This document shows, piece by piece, positions 24,880 through 38,693 of a stretch of DNA of 64,000 nt (within the stretch, counting starts at the first letter, position 1; each line of letters begins with the position of its first letter). The notes under the pieces were generated by a model that had not been told where the DNA came from, ran no database searches, and worked only from the letters and a program-made list of their open reading frames with translations. Source of the stretch: Raja brachyura (Eukaryota); NCBI GenBank assembly GCA_963514005.1, contig OY740805.1, positions 38,936,001 to 39,000,000 on the forward strand, read 5' to 3'. Made by a program: the position numbers and the translations under genes.

Positions 24880-27800
24880 TTTAAATCCTCCTCTTCCAGC
24901 TTCAAAATGTTTTCTCTGACGTGGAGCTGCTGAATATGGGCGGTCACGTGTCAGTCCCGGGTGCTGTCTGTGCAGGGTTACACAAAAAGCTGGAGAAACT
25001 CAGCGGGTGCAGCAGCATCTAAGGAGCGAAGGAAATAGGCGACGTTTCGGGTCGAGACCCATTCTTCAGACCCTTTATCTCCTTCGCTCCTTAGATGCTG
25101 CTGCTGCACCCGCTGAGTTTCTCCAACTTTTAGTGCAACCCTCGATTCTCCAGCTTCTGCAGTTCCTTCTTTAACACTGCTGTCTGTACAGAGTGTGTAC
25201 GTTCTCCCGTGATCTGCGCGCGTTTTCTCCGAAATCTTTGATTCTGCAGAGGCTTGGCAAAAGTACAAAATGTCCCTAGTGGGTGTAGGATACTGTTAAT
25301 GTGCGCGGATCGCTGGTCGGTGCGGACCCGGTGGGCCGAAGGGTCTCGACCCGAAACATCGCCTATCTCCTTCGCTCATTAGATGCTGCTGCACCCGCTG
25401 AATTTCTCCAGCCTTTTGTGTCCGGCCGAAGGACCTGTTTGCGCGCTGTATCTCGAAACTCAACAGTGCACCTCTCTCTCGTGCAACAGTCTTCGGGGCA
25501 ATCTATGCGTGTATTGTTTAAACGATATTATGTGACCCTCTAAAATTCATAGCTGTTTGCAAAGGTTCACTTTGTCTGTCTGAAGAAGGGTCTCGACCCG
25601 AAACGTCGCCGATTCATTCTATCCATAGATGCTGCCTCACTGCCTCTCCAGCAGTTTTGTCCACCAGATTCTTTGTTTGATGATCAGATTAGCAGTTTAG
25701 TTTAGTTTAGTGCAGAGATAGTTTAGAAAACAGGCCACTCGATCCACCGAGCCAACCAGCGATCCCCACAATATTACACATCCATTAACCTACATGCCTG
25801 TACATTTTTAACGTTCTGTCCGTGGGCGGAAACCAAAGATCTCGGAGTAAAACCACGCGGTCACGGGATTCAACACACTGACAGCACCCGTAATCGGGAC
25901 CGAACCCGGGTCTCTGGCGCTGCAAGCGCTGCAAGGCAGCAACTCTACCGCTGCGCCACCGTGGAATCAGTGAGAGTGGAACACGGAACACTCGGATTGG
26001 AAAGCCCAATTGGCAGCATTTTCTCCGCCCCTGCAGCTCATTCTTGCCGCTAATGCTTCCGAGATGGCGCCCAACCAAGGCGTCTATTTGCGTGCGATGC
26101 AGATCTACAATCACATATTACAATCGCCCCACACTCTCAAATCTCCACTCCCACCTCAACATTTCCCACTTTAATTACGATCGGACTTTGCTGGTTTAAC
26201 CTTGTACTAAACGTTATTCCATCATCGAGTCCACTGTACGTGGCTAAATTATAATCATGTATTGTCTTTCTGCTGACTGGAGTTCACTGTAACTCTATAC
26301 ACGTGACAATAAACTCAATTGGAAGGCCTTATTCCCCTTCGATGGTCACTAAATGCTGAAGTAACGCAGCGGGACCGATTGCATCTTTGGAGAGGAGGAT
26401 TGGGTGTCGTTTCGGGTCGTTTCCTTATCTCCAGAGATGCTGCCTGTCCCGCTGAGTTACTCCAACATGTTGCGTCTATGTTCGGTGTAAACCAGCATCT
26501 GCAATTCTTCCAACACTCCGAGACATATTCCACTTGTTGCTTCTCTCTCTCTCTCAATTCTGTGCCCATTTGATCCTCGCACAGATGGGAAAGACCCCAC
26601 CGCAAGCCCCTTTTCCACACCGGACCCGAGCTTGAACCCTCTGTGAAAGCTTTCAAATTCCCTTCTCCACAGAGAACCTGCACCCGCTTCTCCGGCCTCA
26701 CCCTCGACCCGAATCTCCTCATCCTTGAAACCATTCCAGTGAATATCTTGTGCATCCTCTCGATGACCCTCGCTTCACTCATTAAGTTTCAGAAATCTCA
26801 GAAATCGGCTTGATGCACCAGTTGGGTCCAAACCTGTGTTTTATACCGATTCAACATAACCTCCTGATGATGTAGGAAGTATCTCAGCAGAACAGGGAGC
26901 ATCTCAGGAGAGAAGGAATGGGTGACGTTTCGGGTCGAGACCCTTCTTCAAAATCTTTCACTCATTCTTTTTCTACATCTCATCATATCACCGTCTATAT
27001 ATCTCGCATCCGTTTCCCCTGACTCACAATCTGAAGAAGGTTCTCGACCGGAAACGTCACCCACTCCTTCTGTCCAGAGATGCTGCCTGTCCCGCTGAGT
27101 TACTCCAGCTTTTTGTGACTGTGTTCTGATGTTGTACTCTGGGCCTTCATTGATGAGGTTCTGGATTCCCGTCGCCATTACTGGCTGCACTTCAATGTGA
27201 TTTACGCAGGATGCGAGGATATTGTATAAATGTTAGCGGGTTGTGACGCTGCAATGCTGAGAACTATATGCTGCATATTGTAACTGTCCCTTTTCCCTAT
27301 CTATTGTACTGGAGTTTGACTTGATTGTAATCAGTGGCAGGTGGTTTGCCGCAGGGTTCGGTTCTGGCTCAACTGTTGACCTTTTTTTTAAATAAAATGT
27401 AAACGATATGCTTGTGTATTAGGGCGACATGGTTACTTACATAGATACATAGAAAATAGGTGCAAGATTAGGCCATTCGCCCCTTGCAGCCAGCACCGCC
27501 GTTCACTGTGATTTTGGCTGATCATCCACAATCAGTACCCCGTTCCTTCCTTCTCCCCATATCCCTTGATTCCTCTTGCCCGAAGGATTATCCAGTGAAT
27601 CGGTCTCTATTGCCTTCTGAGGCAGAGAATTCCACAAATTCCCCCAACTCTCAGGGTGAAAAAGTTTGTCCTCATCTCAGTTCTGGGTGTCAGTTTGAGA
27701 TGAGACTAACATTAGTTAAAACAATTGCCCCCAGTACGTTGGATGGTGTTAGTGAACGTGTTATCGAGAATCGTCCGACTGGGCTAATATTCACTGGAAT

Positions 27801-28479
27801 TTAGAAGGATGAGTGGAGATCTTATGGAAACATATACATTTTTTGGAGGATTAGACTGGCTGGATGCAGGCAAAATGTTCCCGATGTTGGGGGAATCCAG
27901 AACCAGGGGGCACAGTTTTAGAATAAAGGAGAGGCCATTTAAGACCGAGGTGAGAAAACACTTTTTCACCCAGAGAGGTCTTATCGGACTGAGATGAGGG
28001 AGAACATTTTCACCGGGAGAGCTGTGAATCTGTGGAACTACACTAGCAAGATCCACACTTCCTGATTCAGGGACAGTTATCTCCAGCTGTTGGTTACACA
28101 AAAAGCTGGAGAAACTCAGCGGGTGCAGCAGCATCTAAGGAGCGAAGGAGATAGGCGACGTTTCGGGTCGAGACCCTTCTTCAGTATCTCCAGCTGTTCT
28201 CGGGCACCTCACTCATATTTCACAACCAGACAGCTGTGCTGAACTATTATCTACCTGTTTGGTGACCCTCGGACGGTACTTGATCGGACTTTGCTGGCTT
28301 TACTTTGCACTAAACGTTCTTCCTTTATCATGTATCCATACACTGGGTGTGACTTGATTTTCTGCTACCTGGATCGCGCGCAACAAGAGCTTTTCACTGT
28401 AGCTCGGTACACGTGACAATAAACTAAACTGAACAACTGAACTAACTGCATTGATAGGACCTTCCCCCTCACCTCCATC

Positions 28480-31400
28480 CAGGCACGTGCCGTGAGTAAT
28501 TACTCAGGGTAGGCACTCAGTCCACTTTTTAAAAAAATTAAAAAAACCGTGCGTGCGCAGATTGTTCTCTCTGTTAAATAAATAAATAAAAAACAGTGAC
28601 ATTTCAATTTGTCAAGGCTTCCTAGTCCTAGACTCAGGCACGTGCCGTGAGTAATTACTCAGGGTAGGCAGTCAGCCGGCTTTAAAAAAATCTTTAAACC
28701 GCGCATGCGCAGATTGTTCTCTTCGTAAAAAAATAAAAATAAGTAACAATTCAAATTTCCCAAGGGTTCTAAATCTCCTTCATTTTTTAATTACTGAATG
28801 GGTGGGGGACGGAGGATGAAGGCAGGTGGAGAGATGGTGGGAAAAACGGGAGCACATCGGGACGTTGAATCAGTTGTCATCTTATGGAATGACAATACTA
28901 ATTCAAGGGTCCAATTGGAGGGGGAGTTCCTTTCACAGCTTGTGGGGAGCCTGCGGCAGGGGTTAAATATGCGAGAAGGGAGAAGTTTTGAGAAGGAGGG
29001 GGACAGAGATCATATCAAACTCACTCACCGCTGCCGCAGCGCTCCGGGCAAGGACAGCAGAACTGGCCGCCACTTCCGGGGATAGAAGCAGCTCGGGTGC
29101 GAGCGGCCACCGGGACCCAACACCAGAACCGACTGCTCTTCAGCGCCTTCTGATCACCTCTGGCAGTGCTCTTCGTCTGAACATCTCTCACCCTGTTAAA
29201 GAAGGAACTGCAGATGCTGGAGAATCGAGGGTTACACAAAGAGCTGGAGAATCTCAGCGGGTGCAGCAGCATCTAAGGGGCGAAGGAGATAGGCGACGTT
29301 TCGGGTCGAGACCCTTCTTCAGACTGAGTCTGAAGAAGGGTCTCGACCCGAAACGTCGCCTATCTCCTTCGCCCCTCAGATGCTGCTGCACCCGCTGAGT
29401 TTCTCCAGCTTTTTGTGTAACCCCCATCTCTCACCTGCCGGACACGGACAGCAGAACTGCCCGCCATTTCCGCGGAAGGAAGCAGCTCGGGTGACTGCGA
29501 GTGGCCGCCGGGACCCTGCCACTTCAGCCCCTTCTGCTGGTCCCCACTCACCTCTGGCAGTGCTCTCCATCTGAACATCTCTCACCTGCCGCTCGCCGGC
29601 CGGCTTCCCGCAAATCTTTAAATTCCGACAGCGCGTTCACGGGTCCAGTTTAGGTTACTTGGCTGTGGGAATTTAAGGATTTGCGGGACGCGGTTGACAT
29701 GAGCGAAGCCGGCGAACGGCAGGTGAGAGATGGGGGTTACACAAAAAGCTGGAGAAACTCAGCGGGTGCAGCAGCATCTAAGGGGCGAAGGAGATAGGCG
29801 ACGTTTCGGGTCGAGACCCTTCTTCAGACCTGCTGACCTTCATGCTGCAGCACCCGCTGAGTTTCTCCAGCTTTGTGCAACCCTCGATTCTCCAGCATCT
29901 GCAGTTCCTTCTTTAACACGAACGGCTTTAGGACGCGGTTAAAGACCTGCCGGAGGGGCAAGTCTGGGCAGTGAGTGGGTTGTATCCACGTGTGATGCTC
30001 CATCCACCCCCCCCGGGGCCGAGAGTGTGGGAATGTGAAGGAACTGCAGATGCTGGTTTGCACCGAAGATAGACACACACAAGAAGGGTCTCGACCCGAA
30101 ACGTCGCCTATCTCCTTCGCTCCTTAGATGCTGCTGCACCCGCTGAGTTTCGCCAGCTTTTTGTGTAACCCATAGACACACACAATGCTGGAGTAACTCC
30201 GAGGGACTGGCAGCATCTCTGGAGAGATGGGATGGGTGAGATTTCGTGTCGAGACCCTACTTCAGACTTCTCCAGAGATCCCGCTGAGTTTACTCCAGTA
30301 GTGGTGTTTATCCCGGTGGCGGGGAGCCGGGCTTGACCGACCCGCCGCCTCTACTTGCAGGTCAGTCGGGTGATCATCGCCCTCCGCCCGGAATGCAGTG
30401 GAGTTTTGCACCCACTGAGTTGTCCAGCGCTCACGGTGGACGAGGGAGGACAGCAACAGGCCAGGTAAATGAATAGGAGCACATAAATGAGTCTAGCATT
30501 TCTTGTTTTTATGTTTTAATTTACAAGCCGCTTCACGCGAGGCAAGTTTTATTTTCAGTCCGAAGAAGGGTCTCGACCCGAAACGTCACCCATTCAACGA
30601 TAGACACACACAAGCTGGAGTAACTCAGTGGGACAGGCCGCATCTCTAGAGGGAAGGGATGGGTGATGTTTAGATCCAAATGCTGGAGAATTTCAGCAGG
30701 TCGAGACCCTCCTGTCACCCATCCCTTCGCTCTATAGATGCTGCTGCACCCGCTGAGTTTCTCCGGAATTTTGTGTACGCTCAATTTTGCTGCATCTGCA
30801 GTTCCTTCTTTAACACTGCTGGAGTAATTCAGCTGGTCGAGATCCTTCTTCAGAAGACGAGCCCCCCCCCCCCCCCCCCGCACCCCCAACCACCTTCCAC
30901 CTCAACTTACGCCTGGGCACCAAAGCAGCTCAAGAGGCGAACCCTGAGCTCCGTCTCCCAACAATCTGAACAGCGGCTGCGGCCGGCCGGCACCCGGCAT
31001 GGACTTCTCACCCCTCACACACTTTTACTCTCACCTAGTCCCATCTCACCTGCACTCAGACCGGAGAGTGGCAAGTGGGTTACTGACCCCGATCCCCTCC
31101 TTCACAACGCCAGACTGCCCAAACACTGTGAACGGAGCTCTCCCCCCACCCCGGGAACTACAGTATTTAAAAACACAAAGCACAAAGAAATGCACTTACC
31201 ACATTATTGGTACATTAAGTCCATTCTCCATTTGTTTGCTAAGATACTATTAAAATAATGGCAATCCATATTTGAACATCCCGCCAAGAAACTCGCGATG
31301 CGCATGCGCAGAAAGATGATGCACATGCGCAGTGCTGCAAAGGCAGAATTTCTGCTGCCTTCAGCTCCCATTGAATCTGACGGCACAGGCAGCGCTGACG

Positions 31401-32512
31401 GCACGGGGGCTGCACAGAGCTTCCCGTGTTACAAGCACTGCGGGTGAAAGGCACGGAGAATTATGCCTACCTAAGAGATCGATCTCTTAGACAGGCATAA
31501 TTCTCCCATGCCTTTACTATTTATATTTAAAAATTGACATTTCATAATTTTAGTCAGGGTAGGCAGTGCCTACCTTGCCTACCCTGACGGCACGTGCCTG
31601 TCCTAGACCAATTGAGGAAACAGTTCCTTTCACAGCGTGTGGAGAGTCTGTGCCAGGGGCAAAGTTGTGGGGAGGGCACGAGTGTTGAGAAGGAGGGTGT
31701 CGGAGATACTGCCAGTAACTCACTGACTCACCGCTACCGCAGCTCTCCGGGCTCGAAGCCACGCACTGTAGCTGGGAATAGAAGCAGCTCGGGGAGCTAC
31801 GAGCGGCCACCGGGACCCGACAGCAGAACTGGCCGCCACTTCAGCGCCTTCTGCTGGCCTGCTCACCTTTGGCAGTGCTCTCCATCGGAACACCTGTCAC
31901 CTGCCGTTCGCCGACTTCGCTCATGTCAGCGGCCCCGTGCAAGGAGCGTCGCAAGTGGGATTATCCCAATCCCCTCCTTCATAACATTCGTGCCCTCCCC
32001 GCAACTTTACCCCGGGCCAGACTCCCCAAACGCTTTGCAAGGTGCTCTCCCCCACCCCCACACCCCGGGAAATACAGTATTTAAAAACATAAACACAAAT
32101 TGTACTTACCACCTTATTGGTACACAAACTCCATTCTTCTCTCTTTGTCACCTAACATACACTTAAAATATTGACAATCCATATTTGAAAACCCTGCCAA
32201 GAAACTTGCGCTGCGCATGCAGAGTAGACTGATTCACATGCGCACTGCTACAAAGGCAGAATTTCTGCTGCCTTCAGCCCCGCTTGAAACTGACGGCTTC
32301 AGCAGCGCTGACAGCACGTGGGATGCACAGAGATTCCCGTGTTACAAGATTGCGGATGAAAGGCACGGAGAATTATGCCTACCCACGAGATCGGTCTCTT
32401 ACATAGGCATAATTCTCCCATGCCTTTACTATTTATATTTAGTTATTACTATGTTATAATTTTAGTCAGGGTAGGCAGTGCCTATCTTGCCGACCCTGAC
32501 GACACGTGCATG
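28480..32512. mobile_element. Nested non-autonomous hAT-like DNA transposons (inner copy 28635-31600)
   Basis: TIR CAGGCACGTGCCGT at 28480 and 28635 with complements ending at 31600 and 32512; TCCTAGAC on both sides of the inner copy (one extra base on the left); duplicated internal blocks. Confidence 0.7.
29295..29357. ncRNA. Inverted pair of minimal hammerhead ribozyme motifs (Penelope-derived)
   Basis: CTGAAGA-A-GGGTC-TC-GACCC-GAAA-CGTC on + (29330-29357) and - (29295-29322). Confidence 0.6.
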
Positions 32513-35131
32513 ATCTATCCCCAGCTACAGTGCGCAGCGTTGCGCCCGAAGAGCTGCGGTAGCAGTGAGTGAGTTTAGGCGTAAATGTAAAATTGTCTCT
32601 GAGTTAGTGTTAATGTGTGGGGATCTGGGCCGAACGGCCTGTTTCCGCGTCGTATCTCTAAACTAAACTAAAAAGACCATACATGGGCGTTGAAGACAAC
32701 TTAATAAATTGAACGAGGGACACGCTGATCGCCACTTCGGCTCGAAGGAGAATTTGGGCGACAGAATGGTGAGATTGGAGGAGGTAACAGTGGAGATGTG
32801 CAGTTCCCGCTGTGGCTTGGGAGATGGAGTGAGTGAAAATGGAAGTGAGCCAGAAGCCTTTTCCCGGGATGGAAACGTCCAAGGCTAGAGGGCAGAGCTG
32901 CAGGATGAGGTGTTGGGGGCAAGTTATTTACACATAGTAGTGGGGGCCTGGTACACATTGCCAGGTGGAGGCTGATTGGCTTTCAGATAAGCGCATTGAA
33001 GTGCATGGAATCGAGGGATATGGGTCGGGTGCAGGCTGATGAGGTGAGTTTAACTGGGCATCATGTCGAAGCAGATTCTGCAGAACTGCAGATTCTGGTT
33101 AACACACAAAAGGATTGGGAAAAACCCCCGCTGGAGTATTTCAGCGGGTCCGCCAGCATCTCTGGAGAATATGGATCTACATAAATGTCCATGTTCTCCG
33201 GAGATGTTGCCAAAACCATTGATTTACTTCAGTATTTGGTGTCTTAAAAACACAAAATACGTTGCCTGTTGAAAAATACAGATCAATTTACAGGGAAAGG
33301 AAGCCCTTTTTCGAGAAGGGTTTTTATTTGTGTAATCGTAAATTCTAGTGAACAATATAACGAAACTTGTCCATTTGTCGATATGGTCATTTGCTAAATC
33401 CAATTCCGATTCTTCTCTTCCGTTGAAGTCTTTTCGCCCATTCATTAGGTAGAATGTTGGCCCAACGAAACCATAATTTTCGATGGTGACGTCGAGTAGC
33501 AGCAATTGTGAAAGATAAAATATGATCCTTGACTGGAGTCCACGGAGGGAGCAGGGCTAAAGTACAAATATGCAAGAAAGAACAGCAGATGCTGGTTTAC
33601 ATCGAAGGTAAACACAAAATGCTGAAGTAACTCAGCGGGCGAGGCAGCATCTCTGGTGAGAAGGAATGGGCGTTGAGGCCGTTCTTCAGACTGATGTCAG
33701 GGGATGGGGCGGGACAAAGATAGAATGTCGGCGGAGATAGCAAGACTAATAGGAGAACTGGGGAGGGGAAGGGGACGGAGAGAGAAAGCAAGGTTTCGCT
33801 TGGGTAGTTTACACCCCAGCAGTATGAACACTTACTTCTCTAACTACTGATGCCCCTTGCTTTCTCTCTCCACTCCCTCCCCCTTCTCCCACTAGTCTTA
33901 CAGTCTCCGCCTACATTCTGTCTTGGGTGCTGTCTGTACGGGTTTGCCCGTAACGTGTGTGGGTTTTCTCCGAGATCTTCGATCTTTTCGCCGGTTTCCT
34001 CCCACACTCCAAAGACGTGCAGGTTAATTAGTTTTGGTAAATGTAAAAATTGTCCCTAGTGGGTGTAGGATAGTATTATTGTGCGGGGATCGCTGGTCCA
34101 GGTGGGCCGAAGGGCCTGTTTCCAGGCTGTATCTCCAAAGTAAACTAAGCTGAACGTACAAACTCCGTACAGACAGCACCCGGCTCTCTGACGCTATAAG
34201 CACTGTAAGGCAGCAACTATACCGCTGTTTTTTTAAGCTGCAACGGCCACCATTTATTAATTATTAATAAAGACATTTGCATGATAGAAAGGATTTAATT
34301 TCAATCATTAATTTAAGGTGCAGACACTTGAATTTGCGTCTCTGGATGTGCCTCTGGATTCCTCGTTCAGTAACGTAATCTTTGCCTCGCCACCGCACCT
34401 GTTGTTGCCACAGATAGCCCCTGACCCGCTACGTTCGTCCAGCAGTTTGCATCTACAGTCCCGTGTGTCTCATCTCGCAGCCGTCTCTCAATGAATACCA
34501 ATTCTGCCCACCGCCGCCCTAATTTCCCTGTTCCTTATCCTCTCACTCTTACCCTGCACCTACTCTCACATCCCCATTACCCCCTCCCCTCCTCATCACC
34601 CGCCCCTATTCCGGAGCACCCGGAATGTCGATGGTGATAGAGTCACTGGATGTGGAAGTGGATATGAAGTACTTGGCAACGTTGCAGAGGAGGTTTACCA
34701 GAATTATGATTTCATTAAGAGAATGGAGAGGTCAGACCGACTATGGAAAGTTTTCTCCCGACCGCCGGAGGTTGAGGGGAGACTTGATGGAAGTCTGTCG
34801 AATTATGAGAGGGGTGGGCAGGGTACACAATCACAACCTTTTACCGAGAGGGAAGTATTTAATAGTAGAGAGCATAGCTATAGGATGAGAGGGGCAAAGT
34901 TTAAAGGGGATGTGCGAGGCAGGTTTTATACCCCAATGATGGTGAGTTTCTGGAACGCGCTGCCAGGGATGGTGGTGGAGGCTGATACGAGACAGGCGGT
35001 GAACAGATGTTTGGATAGGCACGTGAGTATGCAGGTAATTGAAGGATATAGATTATGTTCAAGCAGGTAAGAGTTGGTCTTGGCATCATATTCAGCACAG
35101 ACACTGTGGGCTGAAGGGCTGCTCCTATGCG

Positions 35132-35331
35132 NNNNNNNNNNNNNNNNNNNNNNNNNNNNNNNNNNNNNNNNNNNNNNNNNNNNNNNNNNNNNNNNNNNNN
35201 NNNNNNNNNNNNNNNNNNNNNNNNNNNNNNNNNNNNNNNNNNNNNNNNNNNNNNNNNNNNNNNNNNNNNNNNNNNNNNNNNNNNNNNNNNNNNNNNNNNN
35301 NNNNNNNNNNNNNNNNNNNNNNNNNNNNNNN
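35132..35331. other. Assembly gap (200 N)
   Basis: Run of exactly 200 N, a fixed-size scaffolding spacer. Confidence 1.
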
Positions 35332-36590
35332 GAACAATTTCTTTTCTTCGGTATTCACCAAGGAGAAGGATATTGAACTCTGTGAGGTAAGGGAAAAAAG
35401 TAGAGTAGCTATGGAAACTATGAGATTCAAAGAGGAGGAAGTACTGACACCTTTAAAAAACATAAAAGTGGATAAGTCTCCAGGTCCTGACAGGATATTC
35501 CCTAGGACATTGAGGGAAGTTAGTGTAGAAATAGCAGGGGCTATGACAGAAATATTTCAAATGTCATTAGAAACGGGAATAGTACCGGAGGATTGGCGTA
35601 CTGCGCATGTTGTTCCATTGTTTAAAAAGGGTTCAAAGAATAAACCTAGCAATTATAGACCTGTTAGTTTGACGTCAGTGGTGGGCAAATTAATGGAAAG
35701 GATACTTAGAGATAATATATATAAGCATCTGGATAAACAGGGTCTGATCAAGAACAGTCAACATGGATTTGTGCCTGGAAGGTCATGTTTGACAAACCTT
35801 CTTGAATTTTTTGAAGAGGTTACTAGGGAAATTGATGAGGGTAAAGCAGTGGATGTTGTCTATATGGATTTCAGTAAGGCCTTTGACAAGGTTCCCCATG
35901 GAAGGTTGGTTAAGAAGGTTCAATCTTTGGGTGTTAATGGTGGAGTAGCAAGATGGATTCAACAGTGGCTGAATGGGAGATGCCAGAGAGTAATGGTGGA
36001 TGGCTGTCTGTCAGGTTGGAAGCCGGTGACCAGTGGGGTGCCTCAGGGATCTGTGTTGGGTCCACTGTTGTTTGTCATGTACATCAATGATCTAGATGAT
36101 GGGGTGGAAAATTGGATAAGTAATTATGCAGATGATACTAAGATAGGTGGTGCTGTGGATAATGAAGTAGATTTTCAAAGTCTACAGAGAGATTTTGGCC
36201 ATTTGGAAGAGTGGGCTGAAAGATGGCAGATGGAGTTTAATGCTGATAAGTGTGAGGTGCTACATCTTGGCAGGACAAATCAAAATAGGACGTACATGGT
36301 AAATGGTAGGGAATTGAGGAATGCTGTGGAACAGAGGGATCTAGGAATAACCGTGCATAGTCCCCTGGAGCTGGAATCGCATGTAGATAGGGTGGTAAAG
36401 AAAGCTTTTGGTGTGCTGGCTTTATAAATCAGAGTATTGAATATAGGAGTAGGGAAGTAATGTTAAAATTGTACAAGGCATTGGTGAGACCAATTCTGGA
36501 GTATGGTGTACAATTTTGGTCGCCTAATTATAGGAAGGATGTCAACAAAATAGGGAGAGTACAGAGGAGATTTACTAGAATGTTGCCTGG
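35332..36590 (+). mobile_element. CR1 ORF2 RT fragment
   Basis: [44 protein letters not shown]. Confidence 0.95.
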
Positions 36591-37039
36591 GGCAGTGGAG
36601 GCCAAGTCACTGGATGGATTTAAGAGAGAGCTAGATAGAGCTCTCGGGGCTTGTGGAGTCAAGGATATGGGGAGAAGGCAGGCACGGGTTATTGATTGGG
36701 GACGATCAGCCATGATCACAATGAATGGCGGTGCAGGCTCGAAGGGCCGAATGGCCTCCTCCTGCACCTATTGTCTATGTTTCTATGTTTCTGTGGCTAG
36801 GATAGGTTTAGCGGGTTGTGGGCCAAGAGGGGGCAGGTGGGACGAGTGTTGCTGAGGACATGTTGGTCGGCGATATTTTACCGAAGGGCCGATGGGTGTC
36901 GACTCTCTGGAGTTGAGAAAGATGAGAGGAGACACTGAGACTTCCCGCATCGCCAACAGCCCCGATAGAATGGATGTGGAGAGGATGTTTCCACTAGTGG
37001 GAGAGTCTAGGACCGAGGGCCACAGCCACAGAATAAAAT

Positions 37040-37505
37040 CCTGGGATGTCAGGACTTTCACATGAAGAAAGACTGGATAGACTCGGCTTGTACTCGCTGG
37101 AATTTAGGAGATTGAGGGGGGATCTTATAGAAACTTACAAGATTCTTAAGGGGTTGGACAGGCTAGATGCAGGAAGATTGTTCCCGATGTTGGGGAGGTC
37201 CAGGACAAGGGGTTACAGCTTAAGGATAAGGGGGAAATCCTTTAGGACCGAGATGAGAAGGAATTTTTTCACACAGAGAGTGGTGGGTCTCTGGAACTCT
37301 CTGCCACAGAGGGTAGTTGAGGCCAGTTCATTGGCTATATTTAAGAGGGAGTTAGATGTGGCCCTTGTGGCTAAGGGGATCAGAGGGTATGGAGAGAAGG
37401 CAGGTACGGGATACTGAGTTGGATGATCAGCCATGATCATATTGAATGGCGGTGCAGGCTCGAAGGGCCGAATGGCCTCTACTCCTGCACCTATCGTCTA
37501 TTGTC
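37040..37505 (+). mobile_element. CR1 3' fragment
   Basis: ERLDRLGLYSLEFRRLRGDLIE C-terminus plus 3' UTR. Confidence 0.9.
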
Positions 37506-37596
37506 CATTGAGATCGATACGGTCTTGATTAATACGGGTGTCAGGAGGTTATGGGGAGGATGGGGGTTGAGAGGGAGAGTTAGATAAAACCACGGG

Positions 37597-38320
37597 GGTT
37601 GCACAAAAGGCTGGAGAAACTCAGCGGGTGCAGCAGCATCTAAGGAGCGAAGGAGATAGGCGACGGTTCGGGTCGAGACCCTTCTTCAGACTGGTCAGGG
37701 ATCAGGGAAACGAGAGATATAGACGGTGATGTGGAGAGATAAGGAACAATGAATGAAAGATATGCAAAAAAGTATCAATGATAAAGGGAACAGGCCATTG
37801 TAAACTGTTTGTAGTGTGAAAATGAGACTTGGGTGGGGGAGAGATAGAGAGAGAGAGGGAATGCCAGGGCCCGAGGGCTGAGGGAGAGGCGGGGAGGGGG
37901 AGGAGGCAGCCAGGGTTAACAGAATTGAGAAAATTCAATGTTCTAGCCCAGAGGATGCAGACTCCCCAAGCGGAATATGAGGTGCTGTTCCTCCAACTTG
38001 CGGTGTTGCTCACTCTGGCCGTGGAGGAGGCCCAGGACCGAGAGGTCGGATACGGAATGGGAGGGGGAGTTGAAGTGCTGAGCCACCGGGAGGTTGGGTT
38101 GGTTATCGCGGACCCGAGCGGAGGTGTTCGGCGAAACGATCGCCCAGCCTCCGCTTGGTCTCACCGATGTAGATCAGCTGGCATCTGGAGCAGCGGATGC
38201 AGTAGATGAGGTTGGAGGAGGTGCAGGTGAACCTCTGTCGGACCGGGAAGGACTGCTTGGGTCCATGAAAGGAGTGGAGGGGGGAGGTGAAGGGACAAGT
38301 GTAGCATCTCTTGCGGTAGA
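37597..38320 (-). mobile_element. Penelope-like element 3' fragment (GIY-YIG endonuclease + terminal repeat)
   Basis: FTCTSSNLIYCIRCSRCQLIYIGETKRRLGDRFAEH motif followed by the hammerhead-bearing repeat. Confidence 0.85.
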
Positions 38321-38374
38321 TTGAATGGCGGAGTTGACCAGTTCTGCTCCTAGAACTGACGAGCATGGACTTAC

Positions 38375-38693
38375 CAGCATTGCTGACGTGCTTGGAGATG
38401 GGGGTCTCCAGGGTCTCGTGGGCCACATGGCAACTGTAGACGGCGCCCTTGATCCATTTGTCCGTGGCGGTGGTCAACTTGCTGATCTTGGTGTAGGTGG
38501 CGTTGGGCCCCAACAGGGCCCTCCGAGTGCGACACGCCCGCGCTGACCTCCTGCCCGTCCGTCCACCACGTGATGGAGATGGCCTCGGGGTAAAAGTCCT
38601 CCGCCACGCACAGCAGGGCAATCTCCTGCTGCTGGAGAACGTCCTCGGGGCTTGGGTGGTGGAGGTGGACCAGCGGAGGCGACTGGGGTGGTG
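38375..38693 (-). CDS. Immunoglobulin C1-set constant exon (heavy-chain/IgNAR C1-like) with a +1 frameshift at ~38516-38521
   Basis: TTCCAG|CA..GCTG|GTAAGT, phase 1/1; 319 bp = 318+1; corrected product APPQSPPLVHL..LLCVAEDFYPEAISITW..TYTKISKL..WIKGAVYSCHVAHETL. Confidence 0.88.

Noticed and set aside
33224-33575. Unique minus-strand ORF containing EESELDLANDHIDKWTSFVILF, reminiscent of an Ig membrane exon
   Set aside because: Hydrophobic run too short for a TM helix, no convincing in-frame acceptor, and it lies across the gap from the C exon
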